DNA of 52,970 nt, counting the filler, from Perkinsus olseni (taxonomy: Eukaryota), in assembly GCA_013115125.1 (NCBI GenBank). It is 2 parts of 2 records of this genome, joined end to end, with 100 filler letters (N's around TTAATTAATTAA, not from the genome) between each part and the next. Parts side by side here need not be neighbours in the genome. Positions count along the whole stretch, not along the records: positions 1 to 26,436 come from JABANN010000481.1; 1 more part is not named here. One strand, given 5' to 3'. The notes under the pieces are model-generated. The model did not search any database, was not told the origin of the DNA, and worked only from the letters and a program-made list of their open reading frames with translations. Positions 12,801 to 25,246 of the stretch are shown here, one piece after another (within the stretch, counting starts at the first letter, position 1; the number at the start of each line of letters is the position of its first letter). The translations under genes and the position numbers were made by a program.

Positions 12801-13142
12801 CTCAGATCGCCCCTTGTGATGGCGTCAGTCGCATTGATGGGGTTTTCAGGTTGTCAAATCGGCCAATATCGACCCAGCGGCGCTGCAGAGTGTAACGGAG
12901 AAGCTGGAAGGAGTTTTGGAGGCTAAGAATGGGGTCATCAGGTCGCTTCAATACGAAGTGGGTTATAGGTTCCGAGTTCGATTGCTGGTCCTGTTGTTTT
13001 TCGCTAGATTCAGCGGTTAGCGAAGATGTACAATGATACAATACGAGTGTATGAACACAAGCTGAAGGACTTTGGAGTGCCGGCGGAGGAGATGGGATTC
13101 GAACCTGTGCCTGTGAAGACTAGCAAGATCCCTGCCAAGTGA
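9888..13142 (+). CDS. GAS8: Dynein regulatory complex subunit 4 (GAS8/trypanin), multi-exon
   Basis: Start MGKKGGKKGGGKK. Spliced motifs ERNYMAMERDMVNRFYGIT, ENKTLSEPL, ELKNLALEQRL and KNGVIRSLQYEIQRLAKMYND...FGVPAEEMGFEP match the GAS8/DRC4 family. Confidence 0.88.
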
Positions 13143-13475
13143 GGCGTTCCCGGGAGCCTTTTGAACCATACGGTCACCCTCATACAGTACTCCGGTGGTA
13201 TAGAAGGAGGCTGTATATCCCCATTCTGGCTTCAAGCTTGATAAACGCGGGTGGCCTCCTTACGTATGGTTTTTGTCTTTTCATGAACGATATTTTCACA
13301 TGTCTGTGCTTCAGTTTGGTTGCGACTTCAAAAGGAACAATAGGGCCTCCCAGTAGAGCCGCATGATTGGGTGCCAATATTCAGTCGTCCCGATCGGAGT
13401 GTTGAATTGCTCAGTGGTTCAATGTGGATACAGTGTGTAGACTGAAGGAATTTTATTGAGTTTCGAGAAGACCAG

Positions 13476-14270
13476 ATGTCAGGCGGGGCTCCAACCACTA
13501 CTATGGGGCCTCTAGTTAACCAGAGATACATGCAGAGGATGGTGGGACAGCGAGTGAGGCTGATCGGGAAGGTACTATATTGATCAAGGAGAGCACTTAG
13601 TAGTGTAGCGAAGGCTTATGGTAGAGCTCTCTGTCACGAGGGCTGTAGGCTGGCCCTGCTTCGTGGTCCCCGATGCTTCACGTTAACTAAACGCCAACAA
13701 CCTCTCCTTCTGTCCATCGAGGACAGTTCACAGTATCGTAGCAGCCAACTGAGTTGATCGGTCGTTCGAAAGCCGTAATGCAGCACTTCGGGTAGTCGGT
13801 CCTTGGCATTTTCTGCGTGCTATGGAGCTGGTGTAATCTCCCAGTTGACTAGTCATCTTTCTGTTTCAGCTCACCTCCCAGCCTCATCCGCAGACCGGTC
13901 TGTTCACGGTGATGGCGCCAGATAACGGGGACATAGTGTGCCGTCCAGAGCAGGGCTTTTCCACAGTTCAGGGACTTGCGGCCTCTGCCTCTCGAGGGGA
14001 AACACAGTAAAATAAGGCGAAAATCCGTGTTAGTTGATATCAATGGGTTCAGTATCGTGGTGCATGCTGTTGGCACTGTGAACTCTGATGGAAGTCTGTC
14101 GGTTGAACAGCCTCCATGGGAGATTGGCCACGACATCAGTCTGCCATTGCTCGACCAGGCCATAGAACTCCAATTCAGGTAGTATTGCCTGAGGGAGTGG
14201 TACGCATGATGGCGATGCTGTTTTTTGCAGAGCTCCACTCGCCCACCTGTACGCTCCAGTGTCTGCCTGA
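13476..14270 (+). CDS. RPA3: Replication protein A 14 kDa subunit (RPA3), about 4 exons
   Basis: Spliced by eye: MSGGAPTTTMGPLVNQRYMQRMVGQRVRLIGK / LTSQPHPQTGLFTVMAPDNGDIVCRP... / IVVHAVGTVNSDGSL...DISLPLLDQAIELQFR / APLAHLYAPVSA*. Fits the RPA14 OB-fold pattern (xVN...GxxVRLxGK, VxxxGxV, DxxLxxxAxxL). Confidence 0.7.
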
Positions 14271-14420
14271 GGGTGATGAGCGAGAAGCGTCTGCTGCTGC
14301 CCAGCGGCTTGTGCGAATTGAGTTGATCAATGGGGGGGGCTATGGGTGGGCCTGCAAGATTGGTTGTGACGTTCCAGACTGTCAAGTGTGACGGGAAGTA
14401 CGTAAGGAATAGAGCGTTAA

Positions 14421-14494
14421 TACTGGAACCGAGAATCGAACTCGGGACCTACTGCGTGTTAGGCAGTCGTCATAACCAACTAGACCATTCCAGC
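14421..14494 (-). tRNA. tRNA-Val(AAC)
   Basis: GCTGGAATGGTCTAGTTGGTTATGACGACTGCCT-AAC-ACGCAGTAGGTCCCGAGTTCGATTCTCGGTTCCAGTA folds into a full cloverleaf with A and B boxes. Confidence 0.95.
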
Positions 14495-14554
14495 GTGTAT
14501 GTGTAGAGGGATTCGCCTATCGACGTGGTTCCTTTCGTATTCTTTCTCATGTAG

Positions 14555-17132
14555 ATGTTCCTAATTCTGATATGTTTGTTCTCAATAAGCGTCCAACTCT
14601 GTCTTTCCCGCCCTCCCTCAACTAGTAATTCTGCTGTAGTGAAACTCACTAACGATAACTTTGACCAGTTGGTTGTCAATCGGCAGCCTGAGGAGGCCTG
14701 GATTGTCATGTTTCATGTTTCGTGGTGCAAGGCGTGCAAAGTAACAGGGGTCCCCACGGGGGAGGGTCTTATTAGGGTGGATTGCTGACGATTCGGCTGC
14801 CCCCCCCCCCTACGATTCACTATTCCGGTTGCGATCTGCTTCAGAAAACGATGCCGGAGTTCATCGCGGCGAGTGGCAGTTGGGAGAGCAAGGGCCGAGG
14901 GACTAGGGTTAGGTTCGGCGAGGTCGAATGCACCACCAACAAGGAGTTGCGAGAGCGCTTGGACGTCCACTCGTACCCAACCATCATGATGTAGGCAATC
15001 GTAGCCTGGCAGAGTGTGCCACTTCTCGGAAATCGAACCCATCGTTACGGGGTGTGGTATGGCTTACCATAGTTTTGCAATGTCGTCTAGGAAAGTGACG
15101 ACTCCGAAGACTGAGGCTCGCGCTCTTTTAAGTTGCCCACAGTCTGTTGCTAGCAATACTGATGCTCAGGTGGGCAGCAGCAGCACAGTCGAGCGGCCAG
15201 GCATCTCAATACACGTACAACGGTGTCCGCACTCAAGAGGCTCTCCTGGACTACATTGAATTCATGACTCGAGAAAACGTAGAGAAACTGAACTCGTTGC
15301 AGGAGATGGAGGCACGACCTGAGAGAGTAGGCCGTGCTCATGGAACACCGTCACGCGCCACAAAATAGCAAATCATACTTCTCGCATCAGGATATCCACT
15401 CCCGTGTAATCCTCGCGACTCGGGACCCGAAGGCAGATCACAGCTCGTTTGAGGAGGTAGCCTCCACACTGAAGGACCAGCATTCCTTCTTCATCATACT
15501 GGTACGTCCCTATTGTGCCCAGTGGACTTTATCCTCAGCGTCAGGCCCCGAGGGCTGCCTCTGATCTTTCTACTCACATCGGGCGTTCACATCATTCATG
15601 CGATTTCAATGAGGAAGCATGCTTAGTGATCCTATCGCCATCCAGACCCACCTCAACGTTCGAAGTGGGAGATCGGCGAACGTACGCCAAGGTAGGGCTG
15701 ATCGGTTTACTCACGTCTCCCCACACTTGAGGACGGTCGATTCACTATCAGTCCTGTCGAGAGTGGCCCCTCATGACGCTTCCTTCTGTTCATCGTCTCG
15801 CATGTTGTGGGATTGGTCGAACTGCGCCCGTTGCAGGTCGTCCGAGCGTCCGAGGTGATGTCGTCAGCAGCCACCATGCAGGAGTGGATAGATGGTCATG
15901 CTTTCCCGGGTAACGCCTCCCCGTCCACCAGCATCCTCCCGCAACAGGTCACTGTAGGTGTGTGGACGCTGGATGAGAGCAACTCGGTCAATTTCTTGCG
16001 AGGTCCTCAGGATGCAGTCGTAGTTGCGGCTGATCCGGACACGAAGGACAGAAACCAGCAAGCGTAAGAGTGGCCCCCCATTCTGAGAGCTATCTCTGAA
16101 TCAGGTGGTCGGAGCTTGAGCGAGCCTTTGCGAATGAGACCCTGGCTGAGCACTTCCGCTTTGGCATCCTTGATGGAGCTTATTGGGCGTCCACTCTCAC
16201 CAGTAACTGGGGCATACACCAATACGACCTGCCTAGGGTACGCAAGGATCGGGTAGCATGGAGTTCTTCTCGCCACTCTCCGATATACGCTCAATACAGT
16301 AAACAGTAAACCGTCTCTTGTCATGCCGTGGTGGTGGTGCTCGCGCGTATCATTCATGATAGAGGTTTTTGGTATCATTTTTGTGGAGTACTTGTGTGCC
16401 ACTTCTTGGGGTGCTCGTTTCATTCTCAGGTTATCGTCTTCAAAGGCAATGAGCAAGATCTCTACTGGGAGGATGCTGATGAGCTGAGGGTCGGCAGTTT
16501 GGCCCAGGGCCTGGATCTGATACTCACCGGCAGGCTTGAGCCGCGCAATAGACGAGATAACGTCGTCTTGAATAGACTCGCAAAGTAAGGCACGATGATT
16601 GCGTCAAGAGACGATTGAGTATTTCGGCACACCGGTGAGAGGAAGATTGATAAGCGGTGGAGTGGTATGATTAGTGGATGATTATAAATTACATCGGGGA
16701 AAAAATTTAGTGTTTTTATCCGATCTTCTTAACGGACGATCGTGATGCTGATAATGGTTAGTTCCGATCATCATCCAGCTTTGGGTGGTTGCTCTCGATG
16801 AGCACCATGAACTCTTCGGGTTGAGCCTGGGTGTTGTGAGAAGATTGGTATCAACCTTCCTAGTGGACTGTCGATGAGTGGAGCGAGTATGATGTTGTTC
16901 GTGTGTTTTCAGCAACCTCTACTACCCCATTCGACACTTCGTCTCCCAGTCCAGCCTTCACCTGATAGGCTCCCTCCTGACGCTGTTGGTCCTCCTGCTA
17001 GTGGTCACAAGATGCATTTATGAGACATGCGGCCTCATCTTCATCGACGATAATGGAGCTGACACTGAAGAGCAGATCGAAAAGATACGGGCGATTGCTG
17101 CAGCGGAGCGAAGGAAGAAAAAACAGCAATGA
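14555..17132 (+). CDS. Thioredoxin-domain type I ER membrane protein (TMX3/PDI-like), multi-exon
   Basis: Signal peptide, VVKLTNDNFDQLV...WIVMFHVSWCKAC, FGEVECTTNKELRERLDVHSYPTI, YNGVRTQEAL, C-terminal TM (IGSLLTLLVLLLVV) and KKKQQ* KKxx-type ER retrieval signal. Confidence 0.82.
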
Positions 17133-17412
17133 TGATAGTGATGACGTTGCCAGTGACCTTACAGCTCAGAAGCTCTTCGTTGTTGTTCAATAGGGCGTGG
17201 TCTCTCTAGGGGGTTGCCGGTTTGGAAGCACTGCCCGGGTTGAGCCTTCTCCCGAGGCCTCTACTGGGTCGGGCTCTATGCATGCATTGTGAAGGGGCGA
17301 TTTGGCTCTTCTCGAGTCGCGGACGGCGGTGCTTCAGCGAGTACATAATGAGTGCCGCGAACCCTCAATTGTTGCCGTTGAACAGAACTTGGAAGTTTGT
17401 TCGACGCCTCCA

Positions 17413-19365
17413 ATGGCCAGCAGCATCTTCCCTCCCTTCCTGCTGTTGTCGATCACCCTCGTCCGCAGTGACCTTGATAACATCTATCCACCAGTAACCT
17501 GCCTACCTTCTCTAGTCCATCTATCGTCTACCTCTTAGTAGTCCTATAAGACCAACCCCATCGCGCGGCATCTCGCGGTCACGGTTCTGCCCCAGACACC
17601 AACCGTTCTCACGCTGTCAGGTCAGTCCGCAGTTTTTTGCCAGTAGGAAGATACGTTTCTTTCAGGTCATGAAGACACTAACACGGCTTTGGAGTACTAC
17701 ATAGAGACACTCCCTGAGCGAGGCTCCCTTTATGAGACGTCACAGTCATACCGCTCCTTCGCCGCATCACCGTACACTGCCCCCGTAGTTCTGCAGGAAT
17801 ACATGCTCCCTTTCAAAGTGAGAAATTAACTAACCCCTAACAAGCATGCCATCCACCACGGTCTGGCGGTGATAACTCTCACAGTAGTCATTCTCGGCCA
17901 ACTAGCGTTTGTGGAGCGGGCGTGTTTGGAAAGAGCCGAACAGGGAGGTGTGGTAGGTGACGGATGCCTACGCCCGAGTGGTCTATGTGCCGCCCCTTGA
18001 CGTCGCTGATGATGTTGAGGGTGAGGGAGGACCTCGTCTGGCCTGCTCCATCGTGGCTCCCAGGTAGCTGGGCCCACATCCACTACACTGTAAAGGAACC
18101 CGTTGCTGGCATCACCAGTGATCCAGGGTACTCGCCTCCGACCAGCCGGCAGTCCATCATTGTGCGCGCAGGACGGTCACATTCGCCAACGGCAGGGGCT
18201 TCGTATCTTCCTCGAGCTTCACGGACAACTGCCAAGGATGGACTATTGAAGACAACGGCAACAAGGTCGGTTGAGTACGGGTCTGTGGTCGGATTCTGGT
18301 GACCAGGTGACTGCCCCAGAGCACCAGCCATTCACATTGGGAGGCCTGGATCGGTTAGTCTGATGCGGGTTTTGTCATTGGCCTAGGACTGTGATAGTTA
18401 CTGCCTTGGGTATGATGATATCATGTACACCGACTTCAGTGACGGTTCTGATAGAGTTCGGTGGAAGTTCGTGTCACCACAGTACAATCCATTCTACAAC
18501 CTCACTGGTGGGTCGGAAGGCGATCGATCTCCCCCATCGTATCCTGTGTGACCGACCCCACGTCGCGATGACTCGGGTAGGAGCTCGACACGCCACTCGT
18601 ATATGGTTGGAACAGCGTTAGTCTCCTCGCCTGCGTCACGGTGGAGGAAGGATCCTTTCCTGCCAGCCTCTACCGTCTACAGAGCCGAGCATATGAGAGG
18701 GGCCTATGGCGGCTACCTCTCCTTCACGGTGCGAAGTACCTACGGGGACTTCACGTCGGAGTTGCTCAACAAGGCCAACATTTGGTGACCACACCTGGCC
18801 GCTATGCCACTGGAGATTGTCGAACTGCTCAGGGTAACCTTAGAGTGTGCGGTATGCAACAACCACCGCGGCCTCAGGATCGTTAGGGAAACGCAAGTGA
18901 GCAAGATTTTCACTATTCTCTCCCGATTCTTTGGCTTGTCAGGTGGGAGGCCTAACTTGGGACGGCAATGAGCAGACGGTGGTGCTCAGACTCGCCAGTG
19001 GTGAGAACTGGAAGAAGGACCCTCTGAACCTCGGTGGGTGCCAGTCGGGCGTTGACTCTATCCCAACGTCGGTGTAGCCCTCCCGCTCACTGATGCGACA
19101 GAATGCGAGATGGCGGCAGTCCTGTGGAACTTGTCGAAGTTGAAAATTCTCGGGGACTTCTCGAAGAGCGGAGAGGTATCCGCCTATGACGGCTCGCGTG
19201 TGGTATGAAATTGGACAGGGCGTGGCGATCGATGACGTCTCCATCTCCCACGCATACGCCTCGATGAGCGGCACATCGGCAGTGAACACCCCGTCAGCTT
19301 TCCCTCTAGAGTGTCAGAAGGGTTGTACCTGCAACCACTACCCCGCCGTGCGGAGCATCCAGTAG
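17413..19365 (+). CDS. Secreted protein with laminin B (domain IV)-like region, multi-exon
   Basis: Signal peptide MASSIFPPFLLLSITLVRS. AYGGYLSFTVRS resembles the laminin IV SYGGxLxY signature. C-terminus VAIDDVSISHA...ECQKGCTC. Confidence 0.6.
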
Positions 19366-19583
19366 GTGGCGCTCGATGGTGGTGGCCTTGGATAGACCTC
19401 CCCCCCATGCAGGTGTTGTGGCTTCACTGTGGGCGCCTGACCATCATGCCTTTCTTGTTCATCAGCGGCAGTCGCGTTAGTATCATCACCAATCCACTAG
19501 GAACACCCCCTCTCTTGTGCCGACTGGACTACTTTCTATTACCGTATAGTCAACGCTGGGAACGGCACTCAGAGTGTACGAGT

Positions 19584-21274
19584 ATGGGGGCTGATGATCC
19601 AAACACCATTGGGGTTGAATACTACTGGGCCTTGGAGCCCGTCAGCTAGCTTCTTTCCCGATGGAAGACACAGTCCGGCCCTCCGCCAAGGGACCGAGTG
19701 AGCCACAGGTGGAAAGTGATGGTGGAGACTGCGAAGTATCCGCCTGGGAACTCCTTGCCATGACTTCTGCACCTGATGATGTTAGGAGGTCGATCAACGC
19801 CTCGGGGATCTGATGACTTTGGCGGAGTCGAAGAGTGCGGCTCTCGAGGCGGCTCTGAGAGCCGTCGGAGTGGACCCGATACCAACTCGGTGAGAGTCCG
19901 ACCCCAACGAGATGCCTTCGGAAGCACACGTCAGGCCGGCGACAGCGCACGGCGATACGACTGTGCAGGACAGGGGATCAGAACATGACCCGTCCCCAGA
20001 GGTGCCGCCTCAGGACGTCACCATGGAGATACCAAGGTAGGGTGGCCAACAGTCGAACGCTCGAATAAAGCAAGTCCTTGTAGGCCGAGGGAGCCGCTAG
20101 AGGACGGTCACGACGGAATGAACACAGAATGCCCTCTGCTCAGTGCTGGCGGGAAATGGTCAGAATTCGATAAACTGCAGTCGGCAAGTGAGTTAAGGAA
20201 GCTAGAGGAAGCAGAGGAAGACCCCAGTGGGGTGGACGTCAGTAGGCCCCGCGCCGCTCCATCTTTATCATACAGCGTTGCTGGCTGCTAACGCTGTAGG
20301 CAGTATCGCGCCCCACGGCAAGGATGATGCTCCGTCCTTCTCGCCTCCTCATGATGCTGATGACCACTCGCCTCTGAGTTCGCCTCAAGAGGACGACTTC
20401 ACACCATCACAGCTCGATGCCGCTGATGTACCCTTTCCCAAGGGTACACCTTCTTTGGTGGAGTCTCCTGGCCGGGTAGGAAGAGCGCCACTCGTCGCAC
20501 GGCCACGACTCCCTTTGCAACCGCTTCCAAAAGCCAAGAGCGGGTGAGGCCTCGGGAGCATCTCGGTGCTCGTGGATCTTCGAACAGATTTTATTGCATT
20601 GAAGCTGACGATGATGGTGACTGCTCAGGAGGTGCATCAGCTGACACTTGGTTCGCCAGTGGAGTTAACGCCAACAGGTGAGGGCTATCTTACGACCTTC
20701 GAACTGGCTCCTTTGGAGTAGACACCTGTCGCTGAGAACTCACAGGGTTGGTTTGCTCCCCCGGCCCAGTGGGGGACCTCAAACCTCGCGAGCCGCTATT
20801 GAGCTCAACACTTTAAATGCTTCAGTAAGAAGGGCTTTCGTTAGTCTTCCTGCTGAGAAGTTCCTGCCAGGTCGCTGAGTTCCCTCGGATGCCCATCCCG
20901 GAAGATCCGCCGCCACCCAGCTCGAAGCTTCCGAGCGGGTCAAAGTTCAAGTTTGGGTGAACGGGTCCGCTCCCGGGAGCCATGAATCGCTCTTTCCATC
21001 AGATATGAGCCCTCAGTCAGCACAGATGTAGCCCCGGGTTTAGAGTCTTACCTCAAGGAGATCGGCAGCAGTTTCACTGCTAGGTGGAGTGGCACGGTGA
21101 AGTTGATGAGCGAAGGAGCTTCGTGACAGGTCCCGTACGGGCCAGCGAGAGGCCGTGGAGAACGAATCGCCTAGCAGGGTGCGCGAGAGGCTCCTATTCG
21201 AGATGATGAAGGTTTATGATGATGCCGCGCCTGGTGATGGCCCCTCTTCTCTTGAGGGCTCGGTTGTAAATTAA
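19584..21274 (+). CDS. Hypothetical protein, multi-exon
   Basis: Short GT-AG introns join MGADDPNTIGVEYYWALEP / GPSEPQVESDGGDCE / EVDQRLGDLMTLAESKSAALEAALRAVG ... VRERLLFEMMKVYDD. No recognisable domain. Confidence 0.5.
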
Positions 21275-22075
21275 GGTGTGTTGCAGCTAGTGTGCAGCAG
21301 TTCACTTCGTGTTATCATTGTCTTATCATACATGTTCACGAGCATTGGCTTCCTAACCGAGTGTGGTGCGTTCGGAGTCCACAAGACCCCGCATGATCGG
21401 AGGGATGAGTTGAGAACCTCAGGATTAGCCGAGACTTCGTCTTCCACTGCAGCGTATGCGACCTCATCGTGAGCACACGGGCCGCATGGGGATGCTGTGA
21501 GTCAGAGGTCTTATGGTTCAACAGAACGAAGACCGAAACACTGATCTGTGCATATAAGCTCCAAGCACTCAGCACATCGGTCGAGGCCTAACTAAGCCTT
21601 TACTGGCATTGGACTATCAACTCACTCAGACGCGGATCAAGAATTTTATTCGTGATCGGATCACGGAATGTGGGATCACGGTGATCCCACACTCCGACTC
21701 TGTCTTGGCCAATCGTGTTCACGTGTCAAGGCCGAACCTCACTGATAAGTACAGAACTTGAAGCACCGGTCCAGAATCAGGTGTGAGCCGAATCGCGAAT
21801 GGAAATCACCAAGTGTTGAACCGAGGTCACTGATTCCGAGACGAGGATCCCCAGCAGACCCCAGAAGACGCTGTGACTGCCGCTAAGTGTAACCATACAC
21901 TGTGCAGAGGGTGTGACGACTGAGGCTATTGTAAATTGGGATATGAACACGATACGTTTTAGAACAGAAACATATGATGTTCATGCGCTATCGGCTGCTG
22001 CTGCTGCCCTTCCGAGGGGCGAAGAACCTGCGACCACTGATACTCTCGCACGATGGTGTTCACTGAGGCCACCAC

Positions 22076-23123
22076 TCACTCTTCGAGACCATGTACGACT
22101 TTGAAGCCCTCGTCTATGAACATCCTCTCGCTCTTGTCTCCCATATGCGCTGTCATCTCTAGGACGGGCCCTGGAGACTTCTGCACGATTGTGTAATACA
22201 ACTGGCTCTGAAAGAGGAGGCGGATACGTTCCAGCAGGGTTGTCGGCCCTGGGCTGAGGGCATTTGAAAAAGGATATCGCCGAACGTAATATCCAGGCCA
22301 AGCATCGAAAGCGCTCGACGAGGCCCTGTTACGGGAAATGATGAAGCGGATGCTATCCGATACAACAACGAAAAATGCGGCCGCTATGGCACGCGGCAGC
22401 AGCAGGTGGCACTCAGATCTCGAATTTCCCGACCGCCGTTCTCGTGCCGCGAGGCATAGTGGGGTCGTTTTTCCATGTTGTATATTTTCGTTAGAGGCTG
22501 TATGCAAGGTACAGTTGAGCTGAAGCAAAGTCTGCTGGGAGTATTTGGTTACATCTTTGAGGTTGCTGTCCTCTTGCTGGCTCTTCTTCCTTTCTGCATA
22601 GTCTCGCAGCCTCATGACGAATTCTCCTATTCGGCCAAGGTTATACCACCGATGGTCTTCCGAATTGAACTCCTACAAAGCAGCAGCTCTCGCTGAGTTT
22701 TGATTGTACCATTACGAGAAGAATTAGTTTCTCGCCACTATCCAGCGTTCCCTCCTCCCCGGTCCATCGAGGGACCATCTTGGCAATGTAAATCGCCTCT
22801 TGTTCTCTACGATGCTCTGGTGTGAGTTGTAAATTAAAGGAAGTCTTCGCTTCCTCGAACTCCTGCCGGCGTTCTTCGTCCGCCATCAACCAACAGTAGT
22901 AGCTCAGGCTGAACATGATTGCTGAAAGAAAAGGTCGGCTCGATTGCTTGAGGAATGAAAAGATATTCCTACCGTAAAAGGCTATCTTCTGTTTACCCTC
23001 CAGCCTACCCTTACGGGGATCGCTCTCCGATGTGAAGCTCCGATACAGTGTTGGATGGCTCCGGTAAACTCCACGGGGAGGCCTCGAGACGCCGATTCGA
23101 AACACGGCTCGTGAAAAAATCAT
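22076..23123 (-). CDS. Putative mitochondrial single-pass membrane protein, paralog of 44540-46612
   Basis: Arg/Ser-rich presequence-like N-terminus, hydrophobic segment, then AKMVPRW...EKLILLVM / EFNSEDHRWYNLGRIGEFVMRLRD. 3' end approximate. Confidence 0.6.
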
Positions 23124-23347
23124 TTCGGGAAATCCGAAGAAGTGGTGGAGTGGAACTTCTAGCTAATATGCCTGTGATTGCCTGTGCTAATATCCCCACG
23201 ACTTTCGCCAACTATCGACTCAACACTCAGCAAGAGTCTACAGGCAATTGCGTTCTAAGCACAAGTACCGAGCCAGTGAGTTACAGTCATGATCATAGTT
23301 GGATAATATTTGATAAATACTCTCAATAACATGTCCTCAGTCGAATG

Positions 23348-24238
23348 TTACTTTATAGTTTGGGACAATGAGCGTCCAAGAAGAGAAGCCTTTCTGCCAT
23401 AACGAGCTAGCTTTTTCTTCAGCTGAGCCATGCCCTGGCACACGATGCTGCATGAACGAGCCACCGCGTCACTTTTTAGGTGAGCCTGATCAGAAATGGG
23501 AGCGTCATCACCACCACCGATAATAGCAAGGACACAACCAGCCTTAACGCCGTAAACTTGAGCCAGGCTGAATAACATGGCAACTTCCATCTCGGAGGCT
23601 AGGCAGCCGAGGTCCTCCAACACCTCCATGTAGCGTTTGTGTTCAGGTGCATAGGGACCGTACTTAAACTCTCTGGCCATGAGAGAATCCTTGGTATGGA
23701 CAGGACCGGCATCATACACCCACTGAGCACCCTCCTCCATCTTATCATCGTCGGTCTCGAGCTGGCGCTGGGCTGCGCTACACATGGCGGTTACAACAGT
23801 AGCTGAGCCGAGAGCAGGGAACTCGAGAGGCATGTAGTGTCTGGTGGTACCCTCATCACGAATGGCACCAGTAGCGATGACGATATCACCGATGCCGAGA
23901 GTCTTCTGCATAGCACCAGCAGTACCGACCCGAACAAGGACCTTAGCACCAAGCTTGATCATCTCAGTGGCGATAATATCAACACTCGGGGCGCCCATAC
24001 CGGTGGAGATGACGCCGATATCGACGACAGTTCCGTCAGGGGCATCGTACTTTCCAATGTAACCATCATGACCACGGGGGGATGAGATAACTTCGAAGTC
24101 GCGAAAATAAGTCTCCGCGATCTGCTTAGCGCGATCACGTGATCCGGGGAGGATCCAGAACCGACCGAGGCCACCGTTGCCGAGGCAATGCTCGTGGGTC
24201 ACAGTCACGTGCATGGGCTTGAAATTCGGATCAGTCAT
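23348..24238 (-). CDS. Uridine/purine nucleoside phosphorylase (PNP_UDP_1, hexameric type), intronless
   Basis: 296-aa ORF with LPGSRDRA, STGMGAPS, RVGTAG, RDEGTTRHY, EMEVAMLF motifs. Confidence 0.92.
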   Translation of the reverse strand: MTDPNFKPMHVTVTHEHCLGNGGLGRFWILPGSRDRAKQIAETYFRDFEVISSPRGHDGYIGKYDAPDGTVVDIGVISTGMGAPSVDIIATEMIKLGAKVLVRVGTAGAMQKTLGIGDIVIATGAIRDEGTTRHYMPLEFPALGSATVVTAMCSAAQRQLETDDDKMEEGAQWVYDAGPVHTKDSLMAREFKYGPYAPEHKRYMEVLEDLGCLASEMEVAMLFSLAQVYGVKAGCVLAIIGGGDDAPISDQAHLKSDAVARSCSIVCQGMAQLKKKLARYGRKASLLGRSLSQTIK

Positions 24239-24787
24239 CTCTTGTTAGAGTCTAACAACAAACCACTACAACTGAAAATTCACTCGCTATTACGCCAAGA
24301 ATCGTTCATATCACATCAACACCTACACCGAGCCTTTCTCGTCGTGAGCCGCCTCGGAGACAGCAGCGCATTTCCGGACGTGTGGATAGGTCCCTCAGTG
24401 GAGACGGCCCGATAACAGAGACGAGACCGACATGAAGTCCTGGTCCGGGTCTATGGCGGGTACAGGATGCCTACTCTCCCGGAGAGCCTCTCCGTGAAAT
24501 GCATGATGGTCAGAGTCCGCCGGTAGACCAAACTATTGGACGAGCATATCCGCGACCCTGGAAACGCGGACCCTGGGATAGGTTCGGGTAAAGGCCATAA
24601 GTCGTAGCTTCACCTGCGTCCGATGCAGCCGATCTATCGTAATATTACAGCAGAAACAATGACGTACTCTTAAGTTACGGCCACGCAGTTTCTCGAGATG
24701 CTCGGACAAGAAATTTCTGGGCGAACGCCAAGTCCTGCGCAGGCGTGCCAACGAGAGCTTGAAGTTTGACCACCGCAGCGGAACTAT

Positions 24788-25246
24788 CTCCGGACGGGCG
24801 CTAATTTTTCTCTCATCGGCGCTAAACTTCCTCTGCTTGGCGCTATTCTTTCTCACATTGGCGCTATTCTTTCTAATGTTGGGCAATTCCTTTTTCTGAG
24901 GACTCCGGTATCCTGAGGATAGCTTAGGAGCTCGCCTTACACTACTGACCTCTCACATTGCGCGGCCTTCGGGTTTTAGGTGAAGGTCACCCGGAGGGCG
25001 ACCTGAGTCGGGTTTCGGGTTGACGGGGGTTACAGTCCGCACTCCCCTAGGTCTTGGTCTTCTTTTTTAACGCCATTCAGCCTTACATCCGACCTACGAA
25101 CACGCTCGCTCTACAACCGTGTTAACTTACTAGACTTCCCTATATTTATATACGAGGCCGAAGAAATTAGCGCCAATGTGAGAAAGAATAGCGCCTAGCA
25201 GAGAAAGTTTAGCGCTGATGAGAGAACAATTAGCGCCCGTCCGGAG
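24788..25246. mobile_element. MITE-like non-autonomous DNA transposon with ~79-bp terminal inverted repeats built of 21-bp subrepeats
   Basis: 24788-24866 (CTCCGGACGGGCGCTAATT...) is a near-perfect reverse complement of 25168-25246. No coding capacity. Confidence 0.75.

Noticed and set aside
13091-13110. B-box-like GGGATTCGAACCTG
   Set aside because: Lies in a GAS8 exon encoding the conserved EEMGFEP, so it is explained by coding.
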